A stretch of DNA of 64,000 bases from Deinococcales bacterium (GTDB taxonomy: Bacteria > Deinococcota > Deinococci > Deinococcales > JAAFIG01): assembly GCA_043778225.1 (NCBI GenBank), contig JAYWGM010000066.1:16674-80673 (forward strand). The letters run 5' to 3'. This document shows, one piece after another, positions 19,129 through 29,348 of this stretch (position 1 is the stretch's first letter; each line of letters opens with the position of its first letter). The notes beneath the pieces are model-generated. The model did not search any database, was not told where the DNA came from, and saw only the letters and a program-made list of their open reading frames with translations. A program made the position numbers and the translations under genes.

Positions 19129-20442
19129 ATGGATTTGCTGCGAGCCATTGAACGGGTTACGGGCTTGCGCTTAAAAAGCAACCAAGTCACCCAGAGTCAT
19201 GCTGCACTCTTGCAACTGAGTTTAGAGCGCGATGAAGAAACCGCCCAGACTTTGGCGTGGCTCGAGTCTGAACCACTTATTTTAGAGCGTTTTGCGGCAC
19301 AGTTTACCATCCCAGAGACGCATTTTCATCGGATTACACCACAGATGAGTGTTTTGCGGCAGCGTATTTTGCCAAATTTATTTGATTTGCGTACCTCACG
19401 TCGGGCTTGGCGTTTTTGGTCGGCTGGGTGCAGCAGTGGCGAAGAAGTCTATACTTTGATTATTTTGGCACTCGAGTTTTTGCGCGACCAACCATGGCAA
19501 CTCGAGGTGCTGGGTACGGACTTAAACCCAGCCATTTTAGAGCGGGCAAAAGCTGCCCTCTACAACGAATGGTCGTTTCGGGATACGCCGCTTTTGTGGC
19601 GTGAGCAGTATTTTACTAAGCAAACTGAAAATTGGCAGTTGCTCGAGTCGGTACGCAGTCATGCACGTTTTGAATTATTAAATCTGATGGCAGAAAATTG
19701 GCAAGTACCCGCCGAACTCGACCTGATTTTGTGTCGCAATGTCACGATTTATTTCTCAAATCGCAGCGCCCAAAAAGTCTATGAGCGATTGGCTGGGCGT
19801 TTAAGCCTTGGTGGCTGGTTGGTTTTAGGACCTTCTGACCCACCGCCAACCCGCCAAACTTTAGAAGCCGCCAATTTACAACCTGTATTTGAAGATGGTG
19901 CAATTATTTGGCAGCGCGTTACAAAAACCGAATTACAGCCTAATCTGGCTCGAGTTCCGTGGACTGATGACACCCAAACAACCAAAAACCCAAGCCTCGA
20001 GATAACACCGCGTTTACTCAGAAATCCAAGTCTGGAATTTTTAGCCCGTCAGCCAGAAATACCAAAGCGCCTACCCAAAGAAATCAATGCCACCATCGAA
20101 TTGCCACCTTACGCGCCACCACCAGAACACGGCGTTGTGCCAGAAGTTCGCAGTCAGAACACCCAGACCTTAGAGGGCTTTAATTTTTTAGAACAAAATA
20201 ACCCCCAAGCTGCCCTCTTGGTGCTGCGCCGTGCGGCTTACCTCGAGCCAAACGACCCTGTGACCCAGTTTGCCCTGACCCGAGCTTGGCTGATGCTGGG
20301 CGATAAAAAACGGGCTGCCACCGCCCTGCGCCAATCGAGGCGCTTAATTGCCAGCCTGCCCGACGATGCGCTGTTGTCGCTCGAGACCACCGTCAAAGAT
20401 TTACACCGCGCCCTGACCGCTTTGGCGAATCAATTGCGCTAA
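19129..20442 (+). CDS. cheR: CheR methyltransferase with C-terminal TPR (WspC-like architecture)
   Basis: TIPETHFHR, WSAGCSSGEEVY, GTDLN, ILCRNVTIYF; TPR LRRAAYLEPN. Confidence 0.9.
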   Translation: MDLLRAIERVTGLRLKSNQVTQSHAALLQLSLERDEETAQTLAWLESEPLILERFAAQFTIPETHFHRITPQMSVLRQRILPNLFDLRTSRRAWRFWSAGCSSGEEVYTLIILALEFLRDQPWQLEVLGTDLNPAILERAKAALYNEWSFRDTPLLWREQYFTKQTENWQLLESVRSHARFELLNLMAENWQVPAELDLILCRNVTIYFSNRSAQKVYERLAGRLSLGGWLVLGPSDPPPTRQTLEAANLQPVFEDGAIIWQRVTKTELQPNLARVPWTDDTQTTKNPSLEITPRLLRNPSLEFLARQPEIPKRLPKEINATIELPPYAPPPEHGVVPEVRSQNTQTLEGFNFLEQNNPQAALLVLRRAAYLEPNDPVTQFALTRAWLMLGDKKRAATALRQSRRLIASLPDDALLSLETTVKDLHRALTALANQLR

Positions 20443-20461
20443 AGCACGGTATAATTTTGTG

Positions 20462-21868
20462 ATGACACCAGACTGGGTTAAAGATGCGGTTTTCTATCAG
20501 ATTTTTCCAGACCGTTTTGCCAAATCAAAAGCTGTACCAAAGTCGAGCAACCTCGAGCCGTGGGATTCTAAACCCACACCACATGGCTATAAGGGTGGCG
20601 ATTTACTCGGCGTGGTCGAGCATCTGGATCACCTCGAGGCGCTTGGCGTAACCGCCATTTATTTTTGTCCAGTCTTTCAGAGCGGCTCAAACCACCGCTA
20701 CCACACCCACGATTATGAAAAAGTAGACCCGATGCTGGGTGGCAACCAAGCCCTGAAAACCTTAATCGAAGCGGCTCATGCAAGGGGCATGAAGGTCGTT
20801 TTGGATGGGGTGTTTAACCATGCTTCACGGGGATTTTTTCAGTTTCATGATGTTCTCGAGAACGGCAGCCAGAGTGCTTATCTCGATTGGTTTTATATTA
20901 AGGGCTATCCGCTCAGGGCATATGAAAGCCGTGAGCCACCCAATTATGAAGCCTGGTGGGGTTATCCAGCGCTACCAAAATTTAATACCGATACCTTGGC
21001 GGTGCGTGAATACCTTTGGGGGGTTGCCGAATACTGGATGCAGCAAGGGATTGATGGTTGGCGCTTGGATGTTCCCAATGAAATAGATGACGATGCGTTT
21101 TGGCAAGAATTCCGACGGCGAGTCAAAAATGTCAACCCCGAGGGCTATATTGTTGGTGAAATCTGGGAAACGGCTGCCCGTTGGCTGCAAGGCGACCAAT
21201 TTGATGCGGTCATGAATTATGTCTTCTCGAGTCTGGCATACGATTTTTTAGCCGCCCAACAAGTGATTCCAAGCGTCACTAAGGATACCAGCGTCAAACA
21301 CTTTGGGACACGCCACTTAAATGCTGAAAGTTTTGCCAAAGGACTCGAGGATTTACTGGCGCTCTACCCGTGGGAAATTAACCTTGTGCAACTCAATTTA
21401 CTCGGTAGCCACGATACGCCACGCTTACACAGCATCATTGGTAACAACCTAGCAACCTACAAACTTCTCACCATTTTCCAGATGGGTTTTGTGGGTACAC
21501 CGTGTATTTATTATGGCGACGAAATTGGACTCGAGGGGACTCACGACCCCGACTGTCGGCGTGGGATGCCATGGGAAACAGAACAATGGAACTTAGAAAT
21601 TCTCGAGTTCACCAAAAGCGCAATTGCTGCCCGAAAACGCATTGCCGCCTTAAAACGCGGTACATTTAAGGTGCTACAAAGCCAAGCCATGACGGTACTT
21701 TTTGAACGCAGCACCGACTCGAGCCGAGCGCTGGTAGCCCTGAACGCTGGGCAAACTGCCGTTGTTCTCGAGCTTCTTGGGGTCTACACCGATGCCCTAA
21801 CTGGTTCTCGAGTTGAAGGCAAGCTCGAGTTGCCAGGTCGTTCTGGAGCAATCCTCGAGGCAATCTAA
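20462..21868 (+). CDS. GH13 neopullulanase/cyclomaltodextrinase-type glycosidase
   Basis: FYQIFPDRF, DGVFNH, DGWRLDV, GEIW, SHD catalytic motifs. Confidence 0.93.
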   Translation: MTPDWVKDAVFYQIFPDRFAKSKAVPKSSNLEPWDSKPTPHGYKGGDLLGVVEHLDHLEALGVTAIYFCPVFQSGSNHRYHTHDYEKVDPMLGGNQALKTLIEAAHARGMKVVLDGVFNHASRGFFQFHDVLENGSQSAYLDWFYIKGYPLRAYESREPPNYEAWWGYPALPKFNTDTLAVREYLWGVAEYWMQQGIDGWRLDVPNEIDDDAFWQEFRRRVKNVNPEGYIVGEIWETAARWLQGDQFDAVMNYVFSSLAYDFLAAQQVIPSVTKDTSVKHFGTRHLNAESFAKGLEDLLALYPWEINLVQLNLLGSHDTPRLHSIIGNNLATYKLLTIFQMGFVGTPCIYYGDEIGLEGTHDPDCRRGMPWETEQWNLEILEFTKSAIAARKRIAALKRGTFKVLQSQAMTVLFERSTDSSRALVALNAGQTAVVLELLGVYTDALTGSRVEGKLELPGRSGAILEAI

Positions 21869-21910
21869 AACCCTATCACCCCAGCCCCAGACGCGGTAGA
21901 GTGGTCAGTT

Positions 21911-23011
21911 ATGAACGAGTCCCTTGAAATCATTCTCGCTGAGTTCGCGCAACTCGAGGCGAGCCTGTCCGACCCGACCTTAATGGCGGACGGCGCGGCA
22001 TACGCTCGAACCCAACGCAAATACGGCGAGATGCAGGAATTAGCCCGATTAAGTCGTGAGTTACTCGAAGCCAAGCTCCGTTTGTCCGAAGCCTTGGGTT
22101 TACTTTCTGACCCCGACCTTGGCGAATTGGCAGCCCTTGATGTCCTCGAGTGCGAAGAAAAAATTCCGATGCTCGAGTTAGCCTTTGAAGAACTAACCCT
22201 GCCCAAAGACTCAGCCGATGCCCGAGATGTGATTCTCGAGATTCGGGCTGGGACGGGTGGCGCAGAAGCGGGTTTATTTGCTGCCGATATTTTTAGGATG
22301 TACCAGCGTTACTGCGAAACCCTAAATTTTAAGCTCGAGGTCATAGACACCAACGAATCCGACATTGGTGGTTTTGCCAAAGTCACCGCCGAAGTGCGCG
22401 GCACTGGTGCATTTGGGATTTTTAAGTTTGAATCTGGGGTGCATCGGGTGCAACGCATACCATCCACTGAATCGGCAGGGCGAATTCACACCAGCACCGC
22501 CACCATTGCAGTGCTGCCCGAAGCCGAGGATGTGGATGTGCAAATTTTGCCTTCAGAAATTCGAGTGGATGTCTTTCGGGCTGGTGGACACGGTGGACAA
22601 GGCGTGAACACCACCGACAGCGCGGTGCGAATTGTCTACCGCGAAGGCACACCCGACGAGATTACCGTGACCTGCCAAGACGGGCGCAGCCAAATTAAAA
22701 ACCGCGATAAAGCCATGACCGTTTTGCGCTCAAGACTTTTTGAACGCGAACGCGAACGCACTTCTCGAGAACGCTCCGAAGCTCGCTCGAGTTTAATAGG
22801 TTCTGGCGAACGCTCCGAAAAAATCCGCACCTACAATTATCCACAAAATCGCGTCACCGACCACAGGCTCGAGGGTGAAGCTAAAAATTATCCTTTGGTC
22901 ACAATCATCGAAGGTGGCATGACCGATTTAACCACTGCGTTGCGGGCTTTAGAAAAAGAAACGTTAATTAGTGAACGTATCGAAAAGCAAATGCAGAAAG
23001 TAGTTGCCTAA
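21911..23011 (+). CDS. prfA: Peptide chain release factor 1
   Basis: ESGVHRVQRIPSTE (PxT), GGQ motif, IRTYNYPQNRVTDHR. Confidence 0.96.
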   Translation: MNESLEIILAEFAQLEASLSDPTLMADGAAYARTQRKYGEMQELARLSRELLEAKLRLSEALGLLSDPDLGELAALDVLECEEKIPMLELAFEELTLPKDSADARDVILEIRAGTGGAEAGLFAADIFRMYQRYCETLNFKLEVIDTNESDIGGFAKVTAEVRGTGAFGIFKFESGVHRVQRIPSTESAGRIHTSTATIAVLPEAEDVDVQILPSEIRVDVFRAGGHGGQGVNTTDSAVRIVYREGTPDEITVTCQDGRSQIKNRDKAMTVLRSRLFERERERTSRERSEARSSLIGSGERSEKIRTYNYPQNRVTDHRLEGEAKNYPLVTIIEGGMTDLTTALRALEKETLISERIEKQMQKVVA

Positions 23012-23493
23012 TGGCGCGGCGTGAATTATTGGTCGCAGCCGCGATCATGCGCGACAAAATGGGTCGGGTGCTGTTGGTGGCTAACGATTGGCAAGGTTTA
23101 GGGCGGGTGCGTTATACCGTTCCCGGCGGAATGGTCGAACATGGCGAAACAGCGCTACAAGCCGTCAAGCGCGAAGTTCTCGAGGAAACAGGCTTAAAGG
23201 TCAAGCACGTCAATCATTTGGCATACAGTGTTCATATCGAAGACGAGATGAAAAACGAGCGGATTATTGTTTTTGCCTTTGCAGTTGAATGGGATGGATT
23301 ACTGAACCCTCGAGACCCCGATGGGTTTATTGTCGAAGCCCGTTTTTTTGACCCCAAGGAAGCGATCGAAAAACTTGGGCAAGTGCCGATGCGTGAGCCG
23401 CTTTTAGATTACTTAAATACCGGTTTAGCCGGGCGTTTTTATGGCTTTAACGGCTGGGACGGGCGCGGCGGTGTGCGCGTTCCGGGCTTATGA
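23011..23493 (+). CDS. Nudix hydrolase
   Basis: GGMVEHGETALQAVKREVLEETG Nudix box. Confidence 0.92.
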   Translation: MARRELLVAAAIMRDKMGRVLLVANDWQGLGRVRYTVPGGMVEHGETALQAVKREVLEETGLKVKHVNHLAYSVHIEDEMKNERIIVFAFAVEWDGLLNPRDPDGFIVEARFFDPKEAIEKLGQVPMREPLLDYLNTGLAGRFYGFNGWDGRGGVRVPGL

Positions 23494-23918
23494 GTTTGAT
23501 TCCAGAATTGAGTGTCGAAAATTTTGCGGTCAGTCTTGAGTTTTACACCAAAATTCTTGGATTTAGTGTGTTGTATCAGCGTCCTGAGGAAGGCTTTGCC
23601 TTTTTAACGCTTGAGCATACACAATTGATGATTGACCAGATAGGTTTGACTCGAACATGGCAAACTGCACCATTTGAATATCCGCTTGGGCGTGGTGTAA
23701 ATTTTCAAATTACCGTTTCAAGTATTCAAACCATTCTCGAGGAATTAGCACACCACAAGATTGATTTAATGATGCCTGTTGAAGAACGGTGGTATCGTAA
23801 GGACAATATCGAAGTTGGTAATCGGCAATTTTTGGTTCAAGACCCCGACGGGTATTTGCTGCGGTTCGCCGAGGATTTAGGTCAACGTGAGGTGATTCAT
23901 GAACAAGGAGACAATTAA
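23490..23918 (+). CDS. VOC/glyoxalase-bleomycin-resistance family protein
   Basis: LIPELSV..SLEFY..LGF, PLGRGVNFQI, FLVQDPDGYLLRF. Confidence 0.9.
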   Translation: MSLIPELSVENFAVSLEFYTKILGFSVLYQRPEEGFAFLTLEHTQLMIDQIGLTRTWQTAPFEYPLGRGVNFQITVSSIQTILEELAHHKIDLMMPVEERWYRKDNIEVGNRQFLVQDPDGYLLRFAEDLGQREVIHEQGDN

Positions 23919-24447
23919 AGCTTTTGTGATAGCTGGACATGGGAATTTTGAGCAAGTCAAAACCATGCTGCTCGAGCATCCAGAACTCCTCGAAGCCGCC
24001 CACCAATGGCGGGAAAATGACTTTGAAACGGCGCTTCAAGCTGCTTCGCACGTTGGCAACTATGAAATTGTACAATTTTTATTGTCCCAAGGCGCAAAGC
24101 TCGAAATCACCACGGCTGCCATGCTTGGCGATGCGGTCAGTCTCGAGCAGTTTTTAGCCGCTAACCCAGAAGCCATAGAAGCAACTGGCGCACATGGTAT
24201 TTCCTTATTGACCCACGCAGTCATGTCCGAGAATCCAAACTTGGTGCGCGATTTAATTTCTAAAGGCGCAACCCAAGGCGCGAGCATGGCTTTGAATATC
24301 GCGGTGGATATTGGGCAACTCGAGGTGGTGCAGGTTTTACTCGAGCTAACCCCAGCCGATAAAACTTGGCAAAATATGAAAGGCAAAACAGCTTTAGACT
24401 TGGCAGTCAATAACCCAGCCATGCTGGCATTGCTCGAGGGGCGATAA
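23899..24447 (+). CDS. Ankyrin-repeat protein
   Basis: ETALQAASHVGN.EIV.FLL..GA and GKTALDLA repeats. Confidence 0.85.
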   Translation: MNKETIKAFVIAGHGNFEQVKTMLLEHPELLEAAHQWRENDFETALQAASHVGNYEIVQFLLSQGAKLEITTAAMLGDAVSLEQFLAANPEAIEATGAHGISLLTHAVMSENPNLVRDLISKGATQGASMALNIAVDIGQLEVVQVLLELTPADKTWQNMKGKTALDLAVNNPAMLALLEGR

Positions 24448-24767
24448 TGCGAAACATTTATTTACACATTTCAAAAAACCTCAAACTCGGGCGTGAAAAA
24501 GCCCTCGAGGGCGATAAAAACGGCGCAGTCCAGACCTTTGATAAATGCGTGGCTGACTTGCGCGAACTACCGCCCGAAAAAACCCGAGATGTGCTGCTGG
24601 CGCACTCATACCTGAGTAAGTACCAAACACTGGCACTCGAGAACAAAGAAAATAAACGCGCCCTCGAGAGTCTGCAACGGGGGGTCTCCTATGCCCGCAG
24701 CAGCAAAGACCCGACGGCTCGAGCCATTGCCGAAGAGTGCTTGATTGGCTTAAATTTAACTATTTGA
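24447..24767 (+). CDS. Hypothetical helical protein
   Basis: 106 aa ORF translationally coupled (TAATG) to the ankyrin gene. Confidence 0.65.
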   Translation: MRNIYLHISKNLKLGREKALEGDKNGAVQTFDKCVADLRELPPEKTRDVLLAHSYLSKYQTLALENKENKRALESLQRGVSYARSSKDPTARAIAEECLIGLNLTI

Positions 24768-25716
24768 TTCTTCTTGGGGCGATTTTTTGCAGATACTGGT
24801 CAATCATCACGGCTGCCATATTGCCACTGCCAACAGCGATACCGACTTGTTGGGTCTGGGGCTGAACATCGCCTGCCGCCCAAACGCCCTCGAGCCATTC
24901 GCCATCTGGCTTGCCACTTAATTTGGTTTGTCCACGCCAGCCAGTTTTGATGTGTCCGCGTTCGGTGGTCTCGAGTCCGAGTTGTAACGCCAATTGGTTG
25001 CGGGGGAATTTAGGGCTGGAAATATAAAAACCATCGGCGGTCACTCGTGTGCCATCGGTTAAAATTAAAGCGCTAATCATTCCTCTCGAGCCTTCGATGC
25101 TACTGATTTGCCCAGCAATCACCTCGAGCTTATGTTCACTGCGTTTGGCTTCATACTCGGTTTTGAGTGCTGTGTCAGCCGTCAACAGTAAACGAATACT
25201 GGCGGCAAACTCGAGTAAAGGCAAGGCTTCGGCAACTGCGCTGTTGGCGCTGCCGACCGCAATCACGACAATATGCTTACCGAGTAATTCTGGGCTTTCG
25301 CAGTCAGCACAATAATAACTGTTGCCTTTGGCAGCGTATTTCAAAAATGGCTCGTATTCGCCACCAACCAATGGATGATGGCGTGCCACACCAGTGGCAA
25401 ATAGCAAGGTTTTGGCTTGGTGGGTTATACCGTTCTGGAGTTCTAAAGAAAATTCGTTTGCCTGCCCAGAAACCTTGACCACATTGCCACGCTCGAGTTT
25501 TGCACCCGCCGCAAGGGCTTGTTTCTCGAGGCGCTTAATGATGTCCACGCCGCGTTCATGGTCAAAGCCCGACACATTGTAAAGCGGAGTCAAAGTAAAC
25601 GGCAGCGGTCCGGTGCGGCGGTCAATCATCAATACCGAGCGCTGATGAAAACCAAGGTGTAAAGCCGCACTTAAACCAGCCGGTCCTGCGCCAACAATAA
25701 TCGTGTCATAAATCAT
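24760..25716 (-). CDS. Thioredoxin-reductase-like FAD/NAD(P) oxidoreductase
   Basis: GAGPAGL, ATG, CADC redox motif, GVWAAGD. Confidence 0.85.
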   Translation of the reverse strand: MIYDTIIVGAGPAGLSAALHLGFHQRSVLMIDRRTGPLPFTLTPLYNVSGFDHERGVDIIKRLEKQALAAGAKLERGNVVKVSGQANEFSLELQNGITHQAKTLLFATGVARHHPLVGGEYEPFLKYAAKGNSYYCADCESPELLGKHIVVIAVGSANSAVAEALPLLEFAASIRLLLTADTALKTEYEAKRSEHKLEVIAGQISSIEGSRGMISALILTDGTRVTADGFYISSPKFPRNQLALQLGLETTERGHIKTGWRGQTKLSGKPDGEWLEGVWAAGDVQPQTQQVGIAVGSGNMAAVMIDQYLQKIAPRRIK

Positions 25717-25922
25717 ACTGCTATCGTAACGGTTTTTGCCTAGTTTGTCTCGAGAGGCTGATAAACTCTTTCCTTAGGGAATGGTTTTTTGTGGTACTGC
25801 AAGGCAAAAATCCTAAAAGCCTATACTAAAGAATTGGCAAAGTTTAGCTATCGGTCATTAAAATAATCCTCTAGGAATTCATTCACCTTTCAATTTCTTC
25901 TCTTGTCCGAAAGGAAACGAAC

Positions 25923-26261
25923 ATGATTAAGCAGCATATTTCAATTGGCTTTTTTTCTTCACAAACCGGTCTGTCGGTACGGGCTTTGCGGCTTTACGAC
26001 GAAGTGGGGCTGCTGAAACCCGCCGTCGTCACCAACCACAATAAATACCGATATTATAAACCCGAGCAAATACCCGTTGCCCAGCAAATCAAAACCTACC
26101 GCGAAAACGAATTGCCGCTCGAGGATATTCGTCAGATTCTCGAGAATCCACCACAAGCCAGCCAAACCCTCAAAATGCACCTCGAGCGTTTGCGCCAACG
26201 GCAGTTGCAGCAGCAAACGATGATTGGTCAACTCGAGCAAATGCTGCACGAAACCCGTTAA
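25923..26261 (+). CDS. Short MerR-family regulator
   Basis: SIG.FS..TGLSVRALRLYDEVGLLKP..YRYY. Confidence 0.9.
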   Translation: MIKQHISIGFFSSQTGLSVRALRLYDEVGLLKPAVVTNHNKYRYYKPEQIPVAQQIKTYRENELPLEDIRQILENPPQASQTLKMHLERLRQRQLQQQTMIGQLEQMLHETR

Positions 26262-26271
26262 ACTGTTTGGC

Positions 26272-26868
26272 ATGAGTAAAATTCGTGGCTATCAGGCTGG
26301 GGACTGGCAGGATTTATACCGCATTTGTCTTTTGACTGGCGACAGTGGCGCAGATGCCACCGCCTTGTACCAGCATCCAGATTTATTGGGACATTTTTAT
26401 GCCGCGCCTTATGCACTTTTTGAACCAGAACTGACCTTTATGCTCGAGGACGAATTGGGCGCTTGTGGCTACATTCTTGCCACTGCCAATTCGGCAAATT
26501 TTGAAAAGCGTATGGAACTCGAGTGGCTGCCAGCTTTGCGAAACCAGTACCCACTGCCAGCCGCCACCGACACCAGCCGCGATGCCGCGATGATTCGCTT
26601 GCTGCACAAGGGCTACCAAGCCAACCCAAGCCTCGCCCTCGAGTACCCAGCCCATTTGCACATCGACCTTTTGGCTCGAGCGCAAAAACAAGGACATGGC
26701 AAACAGCTGATGAAAACACTTTTTGCCGCCCTACGCACCATGGGTATAGCTGGCGTACATTTAGGGGTTGGTATTCAGAATCAAAACGGGATTGCTTTTT
26801 ACCAGCATCTGGGTTTTGTACAACTCGAGCAGCACCCTTGGGGGATGGTCTACGGTTTCAAACTATGA
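26272..26868 (+). CDS. GNAT acetyltransferase
   Basis: YPAHLHIDLL..AQ.QGHG, GVHLGV...N..GIAFY..LGF. Confidence 0.9.
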   Translation: MSKIRGYQAGDWQDLYRICLLTGDSGADATALYQHPDLLGHFYAAPYALFEPELTFMLEDELGACGYILATANSANFEKRMELEWLPALRNQYPLPAATDTSRDAAMIRLLHKGYQANPSLALEYPAHLHIDLLARAQKQGHGKQLMKTLFAALRTMGIAGVHLGVGIQNQNGIAFYQHLGFVQLEQHPWGMVYGFKL

Positions 26869-27257
26869 CCCAAGTTTTTGTCTACGGCACACTCAAACGC
26901 CAACAAGAAAATCATCGCTTGCTCGAGGGTGTAGGTATCAAAAAAATTCGTTTGGCACGGCTGCATGGTGTCGCCCTTTTTGACATCACCGACCCAGTAC
27001 GACCTTATCCGTATCCAGCGCTTTTGCGTGGACAGGGGCAAGTTTTAGGCGAATTGGTAGAACTCGAGTCTGGCGACGATGCTTTGTTGGTTTTAGACCA
27101 CCTTGAACTCGAGGGGTTTGAATACCACCGTGTCAAATGTTGGGTCAAAGTTCATGGGCAACTCGAGCGAGCATGGGTCTATTTGTATGCCTCGAGACAG
27201 CATTTATGGCGTTCTAAGGGCAAACCTCACCGTGCGCTAAGTTGGTTGCCACGATAA
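26865..27257 (+). CDS. Gamma-glutamylcyclotransferase family protein
   Basis: VFVYGTLK, YPAL, V.GE, LD.LE, AWVY. Confidence 0.88.
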   Translation: MTQVFVYGTLKRQQENHRLLEGVGIKKIRLARLHGVALFDITDPVRPYPYPALLRGQGQVLGELVELESGDDALLVLDHLELEGFEYHRVKCWVKVHGQLERAWVYLYASRQHLWRSKGKPHRALSWLPR

Positions 27258-27294
27258 GGTTGTCAGTTGCTTAGGGAAGGTTGTAACATAAGAC

Positions 27295-27708
27295 ATGACA
27301 AAAATCCTTGGCGTTTCGATGATTGCCCTGACCCTTGCCGCTTGCGCCCCAAACAACACGGTCTCGAGTTTAGAAATGGACTTTGCCCCCGCCAGTCCAC
27401 TTGGAGCGCGAATTACTGGCTCTGGAACACTGGTTGCCTCGAGCAGTGGCAACAGCCGCATCCGCCTAGAATTGCGTGGTTTACCCGTCAGCAGCGACCT
27501 TGGGGCTGGGGTATTTGTCGGTTCTTGCACCAACCAAGGGCATATCCGTATCGAACTGCCAAACCTTCGCAGCGATAGCGCTGGCAACGCCACCCTCGAG
27601 AGCAGCTTTAAGAATGGCACAACTCCAGCCCAAGCCTATGTCAATGTTTTCCAAAAAACCCAAGCGGCTGGTTACGGCACTGTTTTGGCTTGTGCCAACT
27701 TAAAGTAA
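27295..27708 (+). CDS. Lipoprotein, Cu/Zn-SOD/CHRD-like fold, apparently lacking the His ligands
   Basis: Lipobox LAAC; GSC...G, D..GNA, YVNV., LACA.L. Confidence 0.65.
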   Translation: MTKILGVSMIALTLAACAPNNTVSSLEMDFAPASPLGARITGSGTLVASSSGNSRIRLELRGLPVSSDLGAGVFVGSCTNQGHIRIELPNLRSDSAGNATLESSFKNGTTPAQAYVNVFQKTQAAGYGTVLACANLK

Positions 27709-27717
27709 GGCTGGTTT

Positions 27718-29334
27718 TTATTTTTTTACAAAACGTCTGGTGATGCTCAAAACCTCTGGCACGCGAAAAACCACACACAGCCCCAAATACACCAGCATTC
27801 CAGCCCCACCCGCCACAACACAGTGTAAAACGCCATTCAGTGCGCCCCTCGAGTACGGCAGCAGGCTCGAGACAAAGGCGGCGGCAAAGTAGGTGGCGAC
27901 GGCGGCTGTGCCAACTTTAACGGTATGCCCGACCAGTTTTTTCCATGGCAGGATAATTTGTTGGTGCAGCACCGCCACATAGACCCCAACCATCAGCCAA
28001 CCAGCCATGGCGGTCGCATAGTTCATGGTCACAAAACCAAAACGTGCCAGCAGCAAATACAAACCTGTATTCAATAAAAAAGCCACGGTCGAAATAATCA
28101 CGGCTTCTCTGGTTTTTTCTCGAGCATAAAAAGCTCTGGTTAAAAGTTGCACCAAACCCCACGGCGCGATTGCCAGTGCAAAGGTTGGCAGCAATGCCAC
28201 AGTTGGCAAAAAAACGGTGTCTGGAATTTTTTTGGTAAGCTCGAGTAAAGCACTGGTAATGCTTGGCGCAAGCGCCCAAAGTAGCGCCGAGACACCCGCC
28301 GAGAAAAACAGCACCAATTTAGAAAACTGCATCACCGTATCGCGGAAAAGTTGCCAGTCTTGGCGGCTGGCATACTCCGAAAGTCGCGGATAAGCGGCAG
28401 TGGCTGGCGAAACCGCAAATAAGCCCTGCATTGTTAAAAAAATAATTTCGGCATTGCGAAAACCCGTCAGTGTACCTTCGCCAAAACTGGTCAGCAAACC
28501 GATTAAAACCACACTTAGAAACTGCCTTGTGCTGGTGGTAAAAGCAAATGGCGCGATTAAACCAAGCGCCCTTGATAAACCCGGATGCCACTTAAAGCTC
28601 GGGGCGCTGAGTAAACCAGATTTTCTTAAACTGGGCAATTGCACCAGCAACTGGGCAAACCCACCAAAGCTGGTAAATAAGCCAAGCCACAGGGCTTGAT
28701 TGGGGAATAACACAAAACCAAGTATTGTAACCAGATTAAAGGCAAGCGGCGCAAAAGCCGTTGCACCAAATTTTTCTTCGGCATTGAGTAAACCCATGAC
28801 CAGTGCCGACAAAGAAATCCCCATCAAAAATGGCATACATAAGCGTGCCAAATAAACCGTTAAATCACGGTCTAATTGGTTGTTTTGCGCCCCAGAAAAA
28901 ATACTCGAGACTTGCAGTACATCCACAATTTGCGGCGCAAAAATAATGGCTAGACCGACAATCAGTGCATTGACCCCAAGCAGCAAACCCAACAAACTCG
29001 AGGCAAAAGCACGGCGCTCGGATGGCTCGAGCCGTTTATAAACCGGGATAATGCTGTTAGAAAGCGCACCTTCGGCAAGCAGTTCCCTAAATAAATTTGG
29101 AATTGTACTGGCAACGTTGTAAGCATCGAGTAACTTCGCATCGAAATTACTGTTTAGCAATGCCTGACGCAACAAACCCAGCACCCGACTCGAGAGCGTA
29201 CCGCTCATAATAGTGAGGATATTACGGCTTGAGCTTTTACGAACTGGCGTATCGGCTTCCATACGAACTGGCGTATCGGCTTCGTTACGAACTGGAATCT
29301 CAGTATCCACTGGCGCTAGGCTATCACTTTGCAT
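27718..29334 (-). CDS. murJ: Lipid II flippase MurJ
   Basis: GTLSSRVLGLLR, IPNLFRELLAEGAL...IPVY; start chosen at MQSD. Confidence 0.93.
   Translation of the reverse strand: MQSDSLAPVDTEIPVRNEADTPVRMEADTPVRKSSSRNILTIMSGTLSSRVLGLLRQALLNSNFDAKLLDAYNVASTIPNLFRELLAEGALSNSIIPVYKRLEPSERRAFASSLLGLLLGVNALIVGLAIIFAPQIVDVLQVSSIFSGAQNNQLDRDLTVYLARLCMPFLMGISLSALVMGLLNAEEKFGATAFAPLAFNLVTILGFVLFPNQALWLGLFTSFGGFAQLLVQLPSLRKSGLLSAPSFKWHPGLSRALGLIAPFAFTTSTRQFLSVVLIGLLTSFGEGTLTGFRNAEIIFLTMQGLFAVSPATAAYPRLSEYASRQDWQLFRDTVMQFSKLVLFFSAGVSALLWALAPSITSALLELTKKIPDTVFLPTVALLPTFALAIAPWGLVQLLTRAFYAREKTREAVIISTVAFLLNTGLYLLLARFGFVTMNYATAMAGWLMVGVYVAVLHQQIILPWKKLVGHTVKVGTAAVATYFAAAFVSSLLPYSRGALNGVLHCVVAGGAGMLVYLGLCVVFRVPEVLSITRRFVKK
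29238..29295. repeat. 24-bp tandem repeat (about 2.4 copies) in the murJ 5' end
   Basis: TACGAACTGGCGTATCGGCTTC at 29238 and 29262, partial at 29286; encodes EADTPVRx. Confidence 0.9.
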
Positions 29335-29348
29335 GAACTCGAGATGAA

